Of a stretch of 64,000 bases of DNA, positions 28,327-39,298 are shown piece after piece. The DNA is from Microcoleus sp. Its GTDB lineage: Bacteria > Cyanobacteriota > Cyanobacteriia > Cyanobacteriales > Microcoleaceae. The DNA is taken from NCBI GenBank assembly GCA_042408215.1, contig JAYFMW010000006.1:928001-992000 (forward strand), in the 5' to 3' direction. A program made the translations under genes and the position numbers. Within the stretch, counting starts at the first letter, position 1. Each line of letters opens with the position of its first letter. Under the pieces are notes generated by a model that saw nothing but the letters and a program-made list of their open reading frames with translations, did no database searches and was not told where the DNA came from.

Positions 28327-30108
28327 TTGACTGAAATGTTTGATAAAAAGACAATGGTTGAGCGATCGCAAAAGCAAAAATGGTTGGATCAATGGAGTAG
28401 TTTTCTTCCGATTTTGGATTGGGGTTTACACTATCGACGGGACTATTTGGTAGGAGATATCACTGCCGGAATTGTTGTTGGCACTGTGCTGATTCCCCAA
28501 GCAATGGCCTATGCTTTGTTAGCAGGTTTACCTCCCCAAATCGGGCTATATGCTAGTATTTTGCCCCTAGTGGTTTATGCCTTTCTTGGCAGCAGTCGTC
28601 TGATTTCGGTTGCCCCGGTAGCATTGGATTCGCTGATGGTTGCGGCGGCAATTGCTCCTCTAGCGACTGAAAATACACCGGAATATTTAGGATTGGCATT
28701 GTTGCTGGCACTAATGATTGGGGTGATTGACATTTTAATGGGTGTCTTTCGGTTAGGGTTTTTGGTGAATTTTCTTAGCCAAGCGGTGATTTCTGGCTTT
28801 ATCAGTGCGGCTGCAATTGTAATTGGTTTTAGTCAGGTTAAACATTTGTTAGGCTTGAAGATTCCACAAACAGAATCTTTTATTCAGTTACTAACTTATC
28901 TAGGAAAAGGAATTAGTGCAATTAATTGGCTTACTCTATCCTTGGGTTTATTCAGCATTCTCCTATTAGTCTATTTCCCAAACTGGTTGGGAAAACAACT
29001 CAATAAACGCGGATTTCAAGAGTTAACAATTATGCCACTTACTAAAAGTGCGCCTCTCCTCATCGTAGTTAGTAGTTCGTTGCTAGTCTGGTGCTTTCAC
29101 CTGGATCGAGTTGCGGGAGTGAAAGTCGTTGGTGATATCCCCAAAGGCTTACCTTCTCTCTCTTTTCCTGCCCTTGATGGCAATACGATTACTACATTAT
29201 TACCGGCGGCTTTGGCGATTAGTTTTGTAGGTTTCATGGAAGCCTATTCAGTTGGTAAGTTTTTGGCTAGTAAGCGACGCCAAAAAGTTGATGCCAACCA
29301 GGAATTTATTGCTTTGGGAGCCGCAAATATTAGTGCAGCTTTGACTGGAGGGTATCCGGTTACAGGAGGCGTAAGTCGATCGGGTGTGAACTTTTCTGCT
29401 AATGCTAATACTCCTTTAGCCTCGATAATTACGGCATTAATTGTGGCGCTTACCGTCATGTTTTTAACGCCGTTGTTTTACTTTTTACCACAAGCTTGTT
29501 TGGCGGCAATTATCGTGATGGCTGTTAGCAGTCTTTTAGATTTTGCAACACTGAAACGTTTATGGATATATAATCGTTCGGATGCGATCGCCTGGATCTC
29601 TGCATTTCTTGCCGTCTTAATCACCAGTGTGGAAAAAGGTATTTTGTTCGGTGCTGCTGTATCAATTCTATTACATTTATGGCGTACTAGCAAGCCGCAT
29701 ATCGCGGTGGTCGGTAGAGTTGGAAACAGCGAACATTTTCGCAATTTTTTGCGACACGAAGTTAAAACTTGTCCTCACGTTTTGGCAGTTCGGGTTGATG
29801 CTAGTCTTTACTTTGTGAATACTAAATATTTGGAGGATTACCTGCTCAAAGCGGTGAGCGATCGCCCAGATGTCAAATATTTATTACTGGTATGTAGTGC
29901 TGTGAATTCCATTGATGGTAGTGCTTTGGAAACGCTCAAAAGTTTGATTCTTGACTTAAATAATCGGGGAATTGAATTCTATATGTCTGAAGTCAAGGGC
30001 CCAGTGATGGATGGATTACTCAAAATTGGGTTTGTCGAGGAGTTAGGAAAAGACCATATTTTCCTAACTACTGACCAAGCAATGCGTTTTTTGGAGTGCG
30101 GGAATTAA
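28327..30108 (+). CDS. sulP: SulP family anion transporter with STAS domain
   Basis: GDITAG...IPQAMAYALLAGLPPQIGLY, GGVSRS, C-terminal STAS. Confidence 0.92.
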   Translation: MTEMFDKKTMVERSQKQKWLDQWSSFLPILDWGLHYRRDYLVGDITAGIVVGTVLIPQAMAYALLAGLPPQIGLYASILPLVVYAFLGSSRLISVAPVALDSLMVAAAIAPLATENTPEYLGLALLLALMIGVIDILMGVFRLGFLVNFLSQAVISGFISAAAIVIGFSQVKHLLGLKIPQTESFIQLLTYLGKGISAINWLTLSLGLFSILLLVYFPNWLGKQLNKRGFQELTIMPLTKSAPLLIVVSSSLLVWCFHLDRVAGVKVVGDIPKGLPSLSFPALDGNTITTLLPAALAISFVGFMEAYSVGKFLASKRRQKVDANQEFIALGAANISAALTGGYPVTGGVSRSGVNFSANANTPLASIITALIVALTVMFLTPLFYFLPQACLAAIIVMAVSSLLDFATLKRLWIYNRSDAIAWISAFLAVLITSVEKGILFGAAVSILLHLWRTSKPHIAVVGRVGNSEHFRNFLRHEVKTCPHVLAVRVDASLYFVNTKYLEDYLLKAVSDRPDVKYLLLVCSAVNSIDGSALETLKSLILDLNNRGIEFYMSEVKGPVMDGLLKIGFVEELGKDHIFLTTDQAMRFLECGN

Positions 30109-31462
30109 TTGACACTCCTCGGCTATCAGGCACGAGGATTCTTGGTTCAGTCAGTCGGCTTGCCCGTTGATGTCACCACCAACGAGTAGAGGTCGGTCTG
30201 TCCCCAAGCGTTAATTTCGGTGTGCCCCACCGTATTTAAACAGATTTTTGTTGGTTTTAATCCTTTTGCCAGAATATTCAGAGCTGCATTGTGATCGCGA
30301 TCTAATACCGTGCCACAACTGCAAACATGAGTTCTAGTTGATAGCGTTTTCTTAACACTATTGCCACAGCTTGAACAATCTTGAGAAGTGTACTGAGGAG
30401 CAACAGCAATTACCGTTTTACCGTACACTTTTCCAAAGTATTGCAACCATTGAGCAAACTGCGACCAAGCTGCATCACTAATTGATTTAGCAAGCTTATG
30501 GTTTTTCACCATATTTTTCACCTGAAGGTCTTCGTAGGCTATGAAATCGCTAGATTTCACTACGCACAACGCCGTCTTGATGGCGAAGTCTTTGCGCTGC
30601 CTACTGACTTTTAGGTGTTTCCTTCCTAACTTATTGATGGCTTTTTTGCGATTACTGGAACCTTTCTTTTTCCGAGAAACTCGTTTCTGTAACCGCTTTA
30701 AAGCTTTTTCACTTTTACGGAGGTGTCGAGGATTAGAAACTGTTTCTCCGGTACTATCGGTGTAGAAATGGTTTAAACCTACATCTATTCCAATAGCTTT
30801 ACCCGTAGAAATAGATTCCTCTATCCGTTCTACGTTGATACACAACTGAGCGTAGTAACCATCGGCACGACGAATTACTCTGACTCGTTTAATTTCATCA
30901 GGTGCATAGAAGTGCAAATCTCTACTACCCAGCAACCTAAAATTTCCAGCAGCAAAACCATCCGTGAAAGTGAGACATCTTTTATCAGAAGAAAGCTTCC
31001 AACCTGAAGTCTTATATTCTACGGAACGAGTCTGCTTTTTGAATTGTGGGTATCCTTTTTTTCCTGGTTTCTTAGCTTTGCAATTAGCAAAAAAACGCTG
31101 GATAGCGAAAATGGCACGTTCCGCCGAAGCTTGACGTGCCGTTGAGTTAAGTTTACCTGCCCATTCAAACTCTTTGGCCATGATGGCGCATTGTTTGTAT
31201 AGATCGACCAACTTAACTCCTTGATTATCAATCCAATGTCTAAGAGTTTTATTTCGGACAAATTGAGCTGTGCGGATCATTTCGTCTATGACCCGATATT
31301 GCTGCGCTTTGCCTTTTAACTTGAACTCTAGTACAATCATGCCATTATTGTATCGTTTTTGCAGAACATTGTATTCACAAAGTGCATATATTTAAGAATT
31401 GTTTACACTTTGTAGAAATTAAAGCCGTCCTAGAAGGACGGGGCTTTAGACCCATGTTTTTG
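30109..31462 (-). mobile_element. IS200/IS605 family element, tnpB only
   Basis: Left-end hairpin CCCCGTCCTTCTAGGACGG after TTAC; right end ...GAGGAGTGTCAA abuts the sulP stop codon. Confidence 0.85.
30147..31340 (-). CDS. tnpB: RNA-guided endonuclease TnpB
   Basis: GIDVG, YEDL, CSSC/CSC, DRDHNAALN. Confidence 0.93.
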   Translation of the reverse strand: MIVLEFKLKGKAQQYRVIDEMIRTAQFVRNKTLRHWIDNQGVKLVDLYKQCAIMAKEFEWAGKLNSTARQASAERAIFAIQRFFANCKAKKPGKKGYPQFKKQTRSVEYKTSGWKLSSDKRCLTFTDGFAAGNFRLLGSRDLHFYAPDEIKRVRVIRRADGYYAQLCINVERIEESISTGKAIGIDVGLNHFYTDSTGETVSNPRHLRKSEKALKRLQKRVSRKKKGSSNRKKAINKLGRKHLKVSRQRKDFAIKTALCVVKSSDFIAYEDLQVKNMVKNHKLAKSISDAAWSQFAQWLQYFGKVYGKTVIAVAPQYTSQDCSSCGNSVKKTLSTRTHVCSCGTVLDRDHNAALNILAKGLKPTKICLNTVGHTEINAWGQTDLYSLVVTSTGKPTD

Positions 31463-31627
31463 GTAATATCAATTCCGGTAACACCGGAATGGTTGACTGT
31501 TGATTGTGATACCGTTTAGGGTTTTTTCGGAATGATTTAACTCTTCTAGGGCACAGAGTCCGCAGAGTTCGAGAAGAGAGAGATGAATAATTCTGATGCC
31601 AAGGAATTTGATCTAATATCGTTTCCG

Positions 31628-31744
31628 GTTGCATCGGAATGATACCGAGTGACAAGACAGTCGTGTCCCTACCCCATTAATTGTAGTTGCATCGGAATGA
31701 TACCGAGTGACAAGACAGTCGTGTCCCTACCCCATTAATTGTAG
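31628..31744. repeat. 58-bp tandem duplication in a MITE/REP cluster
   Basis: GTTGCATCGGAATGATACCGAGTGACAAGACAGTCGTGTCCCTACCCCATTAATTGTA occurs twice. Confidence 0.9.
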
Positions 31745-31794
31745 GGACACGGCACTGCCGTGTCCTAATTAGATAATTTTTGTGTCGCTGACCG

Positions 31795-33129
31795 CTACTT
31801 AGGTTTGGGCTGTGCAGCGTTCGCTTTAGGTGGCGCAGCATTCGGTTTCGACTCAGCCTTCTGATTCCCTGTTTTACCAGTAACTTTGTTTGTCAAAACC
31901 TCCAAAGCTTTCGCGTACTGCGGATCTGCTGTCGTGCCAATTTTAGCTCGATCGCGCCTCAATTCCTCTTTTTGAGCATCAGTGAGTTCAACCTTAAAAT
32001 CCGGTTCAATACCCAAGTGATTGATATCCCGTCCGCTAGGAGTAAAATATTTAGCGATCGTCACAGCTAAACCGGCACCGTTACCAACACCGCGTACCGA
32101 CTGTACTAAACCTTTCCCAAAGGTCTTTGTTCCCACCAAAACCGCACGCTTGTTGTCTTGTAAAGCACCGGAAAGAATCTCGCTAGCACTTGCAGAACCG
32201 CCGTCTACCAGTATCACTAACGGTTTGTCAGTGAGCGCTTTTTGATTGGCTGTTTGTCGATCGGTCTCACCAGCTCGATCGACCGTGGAGACGATCGTAC
32301 CTTGTTTGAGCCACATCCGAGCAATTTCAATACTCCCGTACAGCAAGCCGCCCGGATTGGAACGCAGGTCTAAAATATAACCTGTCACCTTTTTCTTTTC
32401 CAAATCCTGCACAGACGATCGCATTTCCGATGCAGCATTTGCACTAAACTGATTCAGGCGAATATAGCCGATTTCCCCGATCGGACTTTTCTGCACCGAA
32501 TGTCGCACGGGATGAATTTCAATCTTAGCCCGCTTCAGCTTAAATTCTAATTCCTTATTGTTGCGGACAATAGTCAGCGTCACCCCAGTATTAACCGGGC
32601 CGCGAATCAAATTTACAGCTTGATTCGTATCCATCCCCTCGGTACTCTTGCCGTCTATTTTAGTAATAATATCTTTTGATTGAATGCCAGCCTTAAAAGC
32701 AGGAGTATCTTCGATCGGCGAAATCACCACCAACTTCTTAGTTTTCTCATCTTGAGTCAACTGAAGCCCCACTCCTGTCAATTCCCCAGAAGTGTCAACC
32801 TGCATATTTTTGAACTCTTCCGGGTTCATAAACCGCGTATAAGGATCATCCAGCTTCTTCAGCATTTCCCGAACAGCCTTATAAGCTTGCTCATCGCTAG
32901 TATAAGTCCGGTTCAAATAATCATTCCGCACCGCTTTCCAGTCAACCTGGTTAAAAGTGCCATCTACATAACTTTTGTCAATAATCTGCCAAACTTCATC
33001 AACCAACTCTTTAGGACTTCCCCTAAAAGAAGCCAGAGATTTAGAACTGCATCCAGTGTTAGCAAGAGTTACAGCAGTAAGTACCACCGCTGCTGTACTT
33101 AAAAGGAGCCCTCGTTTTGTTATAACCAT
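31795..33129 (-). CDS. ctpC: Carboxyl-terminal processing protease (S41, CtpC-like)
   Basis: DPYTRF, PDZ, LDLRSNPGG, SASASEI, TFGKGLVQ; MVITKRGL start; paralogue name less certain. Confidence 0.8.
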   Translation of the reverse strand: MVITKRGLLLSTAAVVLTAVTLANTGCSSKSLASFRGSPKELVDEVWQIIDKSYVDGTFNQVDWKAVRNDYLNRTYTSDEQAYKAVREMLKKLDDPYTRFMNPEEFKNMQVDTSGELTGVGLQLTQDEKTKKLVVISPIEDTPAFKAGIQSKDIITKIDGKSTEGMDTNQAVNLIRGPVNTGVTLTIVRNNKELEFKLKRAKIEIHPVRHSVQKSPIGEIGYIRLNQFSANAASEMRSSVQDLEKKKVTGYILDLRSNPGGLLYGSIEIARMWLKQGTIVSTVDRAGETDRQTANQKALTDKPLVILVDGGSASASEILSGALQDNKRAVLVGTKTFGKGLVQSVRGVGNGAGLAVTIAKYFTPSGRDINHLGIEPDFKVELTDAQKEELRRDRAKIGTTADPQYAKALEVLTNKVTGKTGNQKAESKPNAAPPKANAAQPKPK

Positions 33130-33454
33130 TTGTCTGACGCGCCGGAGCAAAGAGTTGAAAATAATTACGCCCAATCTAACACAAGCAAGGCCCGGTCGCA
33201 GTTGGCGTAGATATATTATTTAACTTTGTTGGGTTCTGCGGTATCAACTTAAGAGTGAAACCCTCTGTCTTTCTCGTTTGTATCGAAGCCTAGATCCCCC
33301 TAAATCCCCCTTAAGAAGGGGGACTTTAACCCCACCTGTCCCCCCTTAACAAAGACTTAGATCGCTCTTGTCCCACCCCCTACTCCCCGAACTCGCGGGG
33401 GGTTAGGGGGGATCTCCGGGTTTAAAAACACGCATTAGGGGCGATCGAGAGCAA

Positions 33455-34675
33455 TTAAGGCTCAACCCAGCGATCGTCAGATTTAATCAAATCAATCAAT
33501 GCTGCCACCCCTTGGTCTTCCGGCACCTTCTTAATTTCATCCCGGCCCCGGTACAGCGAGATATAACCCGGTTGCTTCCCGACGTAACCGTAATCAGCAT
33601 CAGCCATTTCTCCCGGCCCATTGACAATACAGCCCATTACTGCTATGTCCAAACCCGTGAGATGCTTCGTCGCCTCTCTCACTTTGTGTAACACTTCCTC
33701 TAAATTAAACAAAGTGCGACCGCAGGAAGGACAAGCGACATACTCAACCATCGTTTTCCGCAGTCCCAAGGCTTGCAGAATGCTGTAGCAGACAGGAATC
33801 TCCTTTTCTGGGGCCTCTGTCAGTGAGACGCGGATGGTGTCGCCGATGCCCTCAACTAACAAAGGTGCAAGGCCAGCGGTGGATTTGATGCGGCCGTATT
33901 CGCCGTCTCCTGCTTCCGTCACACCCAAATGCAGCGGGTAATCCATGCCCAAATCATCCATCCGCTTGACCATCAAGCGGTAGGCGGCAACCATCACCGG
34001 GGCGCGGGAGGCTTTCAGGGAAAGTACGATATTGCGGAAGTCGAGGGATTCGCAAATTTTGATGAATTCCAAGGCCGACTCTACCATGCCTTGCGGGGTG
34101 TCACCGTAGGTAAACAGCATCCGTTCGGCGAGGGAACCGTGATTAACCCCGATTCGCAAAGCTTTACCTTGGTCGCGCAGGGAAATCACCAGAGGTTCTA
34201 GGGTTTCGCGGATTTTGTCGCCAATTTCCCCGAATTCGGCTGGTGTGTATTCGGTTCTGTCAGTTGTGGGTTTCTCGAACACGTACAAACCCGGATTGAT
34301 TCTCACTTTGTCTACGTGTTTTGCCACTTCGAGGGCAATTTTCATGCCGTTGTGGTGGACATCGGCCACGAGGGGCACTGGTTGGTAGGTGGCGTGCAGT
34401 TTTTGCTTGATTTCGGCTAATGCTTTGGCGTGGGCCATGCTGGGCACGGTGACGCGGACGATTTCGCAGCCAATTTCGTGTAAGCGCCGAATTCCGGCGA
34501 CTGAACCGTCGATGTCGAGGGTGTCTTCGTTGATCATCGACTGAACTACGACGGGGTAGCCACCGCCGATGGTAACACTCCCGACTTTGACGGGCCGGGT
34601 TTTACGGCGTTTGATGCTGGTGTCGAATGCGGGTTCGGCGGAGGGGGTTTTAGTGGGATTGGGCAGAGTTTGCAT
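33455..34675 (-). CDS. ispG: (E)-4-hydroxy-3-methylbut-2-enyl-diphosphate synthase
   Basis: [38 protein letters not shown]. Confidence 0.97.
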   Translation of the reverse strand: MQTLPNPTKTPSAEPAFDTSIKRRKTRPVKVGSVTIGGGYPVVVQSMINEDTLDIDGSVAGIRRLHEIGCEIVRVTVPSMAHAKALAEIKQKLHATYQPVPLVADVHHNGMKIALEVAKHVDKVRINPGLYVFEKPTTDRTEYTPAEFGEIGDKIRETLEPLVISLRDQGKALRIGVNHGSLAERMLFTYGDTPQGMVESALEFIKICESLDFRNIVLSLKASRAPVMVAAYRLMVKRMDDLGMDYPLHLGVTEAGDGEYGRIKSTAGLAPLLVEGIGDTIRVSLTEAPEKEIPVCYSILQALGLRKTMVEYVACPSCGRTLFNLEEVLHKVREATKHLTGLDIAVMGCIVNGPGEMADADYGYVGKQPGYISLYRGRDEIKKVPEDQGVAALIDLIKSDDRWVEP

Positions 34676-35069
34676 AACTGGTTGGTAGATTTCTGTTACG
34701 AAAAGTTTATAAAATTGTGTCGCCTGTGTTTTAGGTTTGCACAAAAAGGGTCATCCAATTTTAGATTTTAGATTTTCGATTTTAGATTGAGCCCACGGAT
34801 TCGTCCGGGGGCTTGTTTAACAGTCGATCAATTTTAGGTACAATTTAAGATTCTTGTGGGCGATCGCATCTAGCAAAATTGTCTAGATGGTTTGGAGTCT
34901 TAAGCATTTACAGCGGAAACCGCTGTTATGAGGTACACCCACTTATCGTTCAATCCTCCTAGGGACACTCCAAGAGCCGTGTCCCTACCGTGTTTCATAA
35001 CAGCGGGAACTGCTGTATGCCTGGTCGTCGGATATTCTGAAGCGCGATCGCACTTTTTAACTCATCAAT

Positions 35070-36056
35070 TCATGCAAGTGCAGACTCCAACCAAGCTATT
35101 ACATCCTCTTGAGTCGTAAAATCTAACAAAGCTGCTCCTAAATCATCTAACTCTTCACCAGATAACTGCTGGATATTAGCTTCAATTTCCGGTGCAACCT
35201 CGCCCACACGTCGCACAATCTGACGCAGAATTAATGCTATTTGTCCTGCAAGTTTCCCCCTTTCTATCCCCTGTTCAATGCCTTGTTCAATGCCTTGTTC
35301 AATGCCTTGTTGTATCCCCTGTTCGATTCCCTGTTGCAGTCCGATTTCTATCCCTTTCATCACCGAGCCGAGCTGATCTTGGATAAACATTTCTCGCTTG
35401 TCCAAATCTTCCGCTTCTTTGAGTGTTAAATTTTCTCGATCGGCAATTATCAGCGCGCTATTAATCTCTGGTACTGAGCTCAGTGTAGCTGGTACTGCAT
35501 CCAAAATAGGACTGTTTTTCATGAAGTAAATCCACTTTTCGGCTAGAGTTTCGAGTTCGTTCAATTCTTTTTTGAACTTCGGCAACTCAACAAACACTAA
35601 CTTTAACTCACAATTTGGATAGGCGAATTTTTCTTCTGTTTCTGTGAAAACAAAGTTAGAAATAAGTTTTTCTGTATTTTCAAATAAGATAAAATCGGTG
35701 ATGGTTAAAGCAATCACTGGATTTAATTTTAAGTAGCCTTCTCCAGCTTTTAGTTGAGTTGAATAGGTTTTAGCTGCATTGTAAACTACTCTTTTTTCAA
35801 AAGTGGCTACATTGAGTACCTGCATTTCTACAATCACTGTTTTGTTGCCGGTGATTTGAGCTTTCACATCCAGGTAAGTGTCTTTCAATCCTGTAACGCT
35901 GGCTGCTGAATAAGGGTCAATGATTTCTAGGTCTTGAATTGTGGGTTCTCCGTCATAGAGCATTGCATTCAGGAAGCTAATCAAAATTTCGGGATGTTCG
36001 GAAGATCCGAATATCCTTTGGAAGGCAAAATCTGTTTTGGGACTGATAAAACGCAT
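35070..36056 (-). CDS. Rpn family PD-(D/E)XK nuclease with G-x-E/Q-Q repeats and DUF4351-like tail
   Basis: FISPKTDFAF..IFG, LDVKA, IVEMQ, FVELPKF, (GIEQ)n, LDDLGAALLDF..WL. Confidence 0.88.
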   Translation of the reverse strand: MRFISPKTDFAFQRIFGSSEHPEILISFLNAMLYDGEPTIQDLEIIDPYSAASVTGLKDTYLDVKAQITGNKTVIVEMQVLNVATFEKRVVYNAAKTYSTQLKAGEGYLKLNPVIALTITDFILFENTEKLISNFVFTETEEKFAYPNCELKLVFVELPKFKKELNELETLAEKWIYFMKNSPILDAVPATLSSVPEINSALIIADRENLTLKEAEDLDKREMFIQDQLGSVMKGIEIGLQQGIEQGIQQGIEQGIEQGIEQGIERGKLAGQIALILRQIVRRVGEVAPEIEANIQQLSGEELDDLGAALLDFTTQEDVIAWLESALA

Positions 36057-36283
36057 ATATAGAAGGAAGAAGGAAGTTCGGCAACGGATTCTATAACGGA
36101 TGTAACGGATGTAACGGATGTAACGGATGTAATGGATGTCAGTCAGAAAGAAGAAGTCGATGTGAAAATGCCATACTTGAGCGATTTTTAGGTTTGTAGT
36201 TGCGCTGAGCGCGAGTCAACGCGCAACTACAAAGCTTTTTTCAATGTGACACTTGGCCTTACTCCTGTATGTAAATGGAGCTA

Positions 36284-36478
36284 TCAGCCTGTAGCTCGAT
36301 CGGCATTTGCAGCAGACATCACTAGCTTTCCAGCTATGTCCATCGTCGCCAGCTTCAGCACTTCATTAAAAGCTAAACCCCGAATTTTTAGCTCCCATCG
36401 AATGCCTTTTGCTTTCATCCGCTTGGCTTTCCGCATATCGACATCAGCAGCTTTTTGATTCAAGAGCAAATATTTCAT
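36284..36478 (-). pseudogene. 3' half of the 121-aa hypothetical gene (duplicated fragment)
   Basis: Matches the last 64 aa of 44929..45294 except one residue. Confidence 0.8.
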
Positions 36479-38097
36479 TTAGACAAATACGACTGACGCA
36501 AATGCCAGACTATCTCACGCCGCATTTCGCTGAGAATCCGCTGTCCCCGTTCACAATGTTCCAACTTGATGTCATCGACATAGAACCGCACCAGCGTGTC
36601 TCGCGTGTAATCTCCATTCAGGTCATTGATCCAGATTTTGGGATCTTGCCATTCATTGCGTGAACTCTTGAAGTTTTCTCGCAACCATTCGCGAAAGCTT
36701 TCTACCAGAGCGTCTAATCGCGTTTCTAACCCTTTGGGATTACTGATTGCCCAAAACAGCTTGTTGACTTTTATCTTCAACAAATCAATCTTCTGTTCCC
36801 ACTCTTGCTTCAACGCTTGCTGGTCTTCTTGAAATAGGTCAGGGTCTTTCAACCAGTACTGATACCAACGGCGCATCAGCCCAATCAAACTACTCTCGGA
36901 TACTGTTCCGGTAGCTTCAATAAGCCAGCGTCTGCGACGGTCATGTCGATCGGACTTTTTTGATTCCAGTCCAATCTTTTGACAAAGTTCCAGATAGTGT
37001 GCTTGCACTGTTCGCCGCTCCTCTATATCTAATCCGCCCCTTTCTAATTGGGAGATGATATCGGCTAGGTGCGCCAAACCCATTTCAATCTCAGCTAGTA
37101 CAGTATTCACCTTAGACTCAGCTAACAAGCGTTGCCGTCCCGCCTCTCGCTTCTGTTGCGATTTTACCCCAGGTAAAGAGTAGCCATAAAACTGGTCAAC
37201 TAATTCTAACTTCTTGTTAATTTCGCCCATAGTATCGGGGTGCGCCAGCACGACTTTTTCCATCATGGAGACGGCTAGAGCCGGGGCAACATCTGCTTTG
37301 ATGGGGATGGAGATCGTGTAGTAGTAATGATTGGTCGGACGGCTGAGGTTAATAATGTCCTGCCCTTCAAACGCGGCATTGGGGATGTAAATTTGTGAGT
37401 GCGTGTCAATGAGATACAGTTCGGTTAATCGCAGCCCAATGTGTTTGATCACACCTCTTTTACCGTTGGCTAGCTCAATCACATCCCCAAAGCGAAACGG
37501 TGTATCGATGAGCAAAACTAACCCACTGAAGAAGTTTGCCAGAATATCTTTTAGCGCAAACCCTAAGATAAAACTCAATCCTCCGATGGCAACTAACACA
37601 CCTTGGATGTCAACACCGAATGCCTGGAGAAACAGCAGTCCACCCATTAAGTAAACAATTAAAGGGAGAACATTTTGTAGGATGGGAGTCAGAACATCAT
37701 CCCACATTGCCTCGGAGCGTGCGGCATACTGCCTAAAAGCATAGCTCACAACCTCAGTAAGCAATTGAACCACCCAAAAGGTGGCGACAATGACAAGAAA
37801 AGCGGTCAAGCCTCGGTGGAACCAAGTAATGTAACTTGTAGGAGTGACAGATAGCTTCAGTAATGCCAGCTTCAAACCGCTCGCGAACACAATGAGTGTC
37901 AGCGGCGTTTCTGAGACGTTGAGTGCAACTAAGGCAAGGTCGGAGGTAAATACACGGAACACCCTCCGCAAAATACCAAACAGTAGGTAGAGAGCAATAA
38001 CGACAACACCAATAATGCCGAAGTTAAGCAAAAATGCACCCCATCCTGGAGCAGAAAAAATGGCTAACAGAAACGTAGAACTGCTGATCGTCGTCAT
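36475..38097 (-). CDS. mscS: Mechanosensitive ion channel, MscS family (long cyanobacterial type)
   Basis: GFALKDILANFFSG...DTPFRFGD, IGLRLT, IYIPN. Confidence 0.88.
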   Translation of the reverse strand: MTTISSSTFLLAIFSAPGWGAFLLNFGIIGVVVIALYLLFGILRRVFRVFTSDLALVALNVSETPLTLIVFASGLKLALLKLSVTPTSYITWFHRGLTAFLVIVATFWVVQLLTEVVSYAFRQYAARSEAMWDDVLTPILQNVLPLIVYLMGGLLFLQAFGVDIQGVLVAIGGLSFILGFALKDILANFFSGLVLLIDTPFRFGDVIELANGKRGVIKHIGLRLTELYLIDTHSQIYIPNAAFEGQDIINLSRPTNHYYYTISIPIKADVAPALAVSMMEKVVLAHPDTMGEINKKLELVDQFYGYSLPGVKSQQKREAGRQRLLAESKVNTVLAEIEMGLAHLADIISQLERGGLDIEERRTVQAHYLELCQKIGLESKKSDRHDRRRRWLIEATGTVSESSLIGLMRRWYQYWLKDPDLFQEDQQALKQEWEQKIDLLKIKVNKLFWAISNPKGLETRLDALVESFREWLRENFKSSRNEWQDPKIWINDLNGDYTRDTLVRFYVDDIKLEHCERGQRILSEMRREIVWHLRQSYLSK

Positions 38098-38353
38098 TTG
38101 GTAACCGACTCCATAGATCCGTAAAGTATGTAAAAATGGTGCTTGACATAGTTTTAGATAAGTGTTAATTAATGAAAGGGATGCTCTTTCAAAAATAGAA
38201 ATATAAAAAAACTAAAACAAGCATTTAGCTGCTGGATTTGCTAGAGAAAACTTCTAGATCGCCACGAAGCACAGTTGCTTCACAGCCACCACGAAGCAGA
38301 GTTGCTTCACAGCCTATCATAAATTTTTCTGTTTTATATTTGTTTCACCCCTG

Positions 38354-39298
38354 ATGAATGAATCCAATAAAACGACGATGGCGATCGCCTCATTATTTGT
38401 CGGTGTAGTCGCCATATCTTTTGGCTCTATCTTTATTAGATGGAGTGAAGCTGAACTCAGCCCCAATGCTACAATATTTAATCGCTTTTGGCTAGGTAGT
38501 GTCGTCTTCGCGCTGTGGCAAGGATACAAGGCGATACGTCAGAGACTTTCTGGTGACAAACCCGTTCAACAGCACTCATACACCAGTCAGGAGCTTTTGC
38601 TATTGCTGGGTGCTGGGACTTTTTTTGCTGCCACCTTATCCTTTGTAGCTTGGTCGCTGACTCAAACCAGCATCGCTATCTCGACAATCCTACATAATCT
38701 AGCCCCGATATTTACCAGCTTAGGAGCGTGGTTGTTATTCGGTCAAGGCTTTAACCGCCAATTTCTGATTGGGATGGTCGTCGCCATTGGGGGAGCGATC
38801 GCCATTGAAATCCAGCAGATCCAAATCGCCACTGGTGAAGTCACAGGAGGCATAGCAGCCATCCTCTCTGCGGTTTTCTTGGGTGCATACCTGCTGGTGA
38901 TAGAACAACTGAGAACCAAATTTGACCCCATCACAATTCAGTTGTGGGTTTGTGCGATCGCTACTTTATCCATCTTGCCCATACTTGTGTTCACTGGCGA
39001 TCGGCTTTTTCCTTCTTCAGTCAATGGGTGGCTGTTCGTCATTTTTCTCGCCCTCGTCTGCCAAGTTTTAGGTCAGGGACTTTTAACATATAGCGTTGCT
39101 CGGTTGTCCTCAGTGGTTGTCTCCTTAGTACATTTGTTAGAGCCAGTATTTAGCAGCATTTTGGCTTGGGCCCTATTTTGGGAAAAGTTAAGTTTCTCGA
39201 ATTGGGTAGGTTTTGCCCTAGTTCTCATCGGTCTATACCTAGCTGTATCTAGCCAAGCGGCTGTCGATATCCGGCAAAATCAGCTAGAGAGCGGGTAG
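38354..39298 (+). CDS. DMT/EamA family transporter
   Basis: 10-TM pattern; SLTQTSIA, APIFT, LLEPVF. Confidence 0.88.
   Translation: MNESNKTTMAIASLFVGVVAISFGSIFIRWSEAELSPNATIFNRFWLGSVVFALWQGYKAIRQRLSGDKPVQQHSYTSQELLLLLGAGTFFAATLSFVAWSLTQTSIAISTILHNLAPIFTSLGAWLLFGQGFNRQFLIGMVVAIGGAIAIEIQQIQIATGEVTGGIAAILSAVFLGAYLLVIEQLRTKFDPITIQLWVCAIATLSILPILVFTGDRLFPSSVNGWLFVIFLALVCQVLGQGLLTYSVARLSSVVVSLVHLLEPVFSSILAWALFWEKLSFSNWVGFALVLIGLYLAVSSQAAVDIRQNQLESG

Larger units (their letters stand above)
34858..36479. repeat. 1622-bp direct repeat, copy 1
   Basis: Near-identical to 41871-45124 once the IS and its target duplication are removed. Confidence 0.95.

Noticed and set aside
31628..31770. Possible mini-CRISPR beside tnpB
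   Set aside because: Exact tandem duplication of repeat-element sequence with no spacer, outside the IS end
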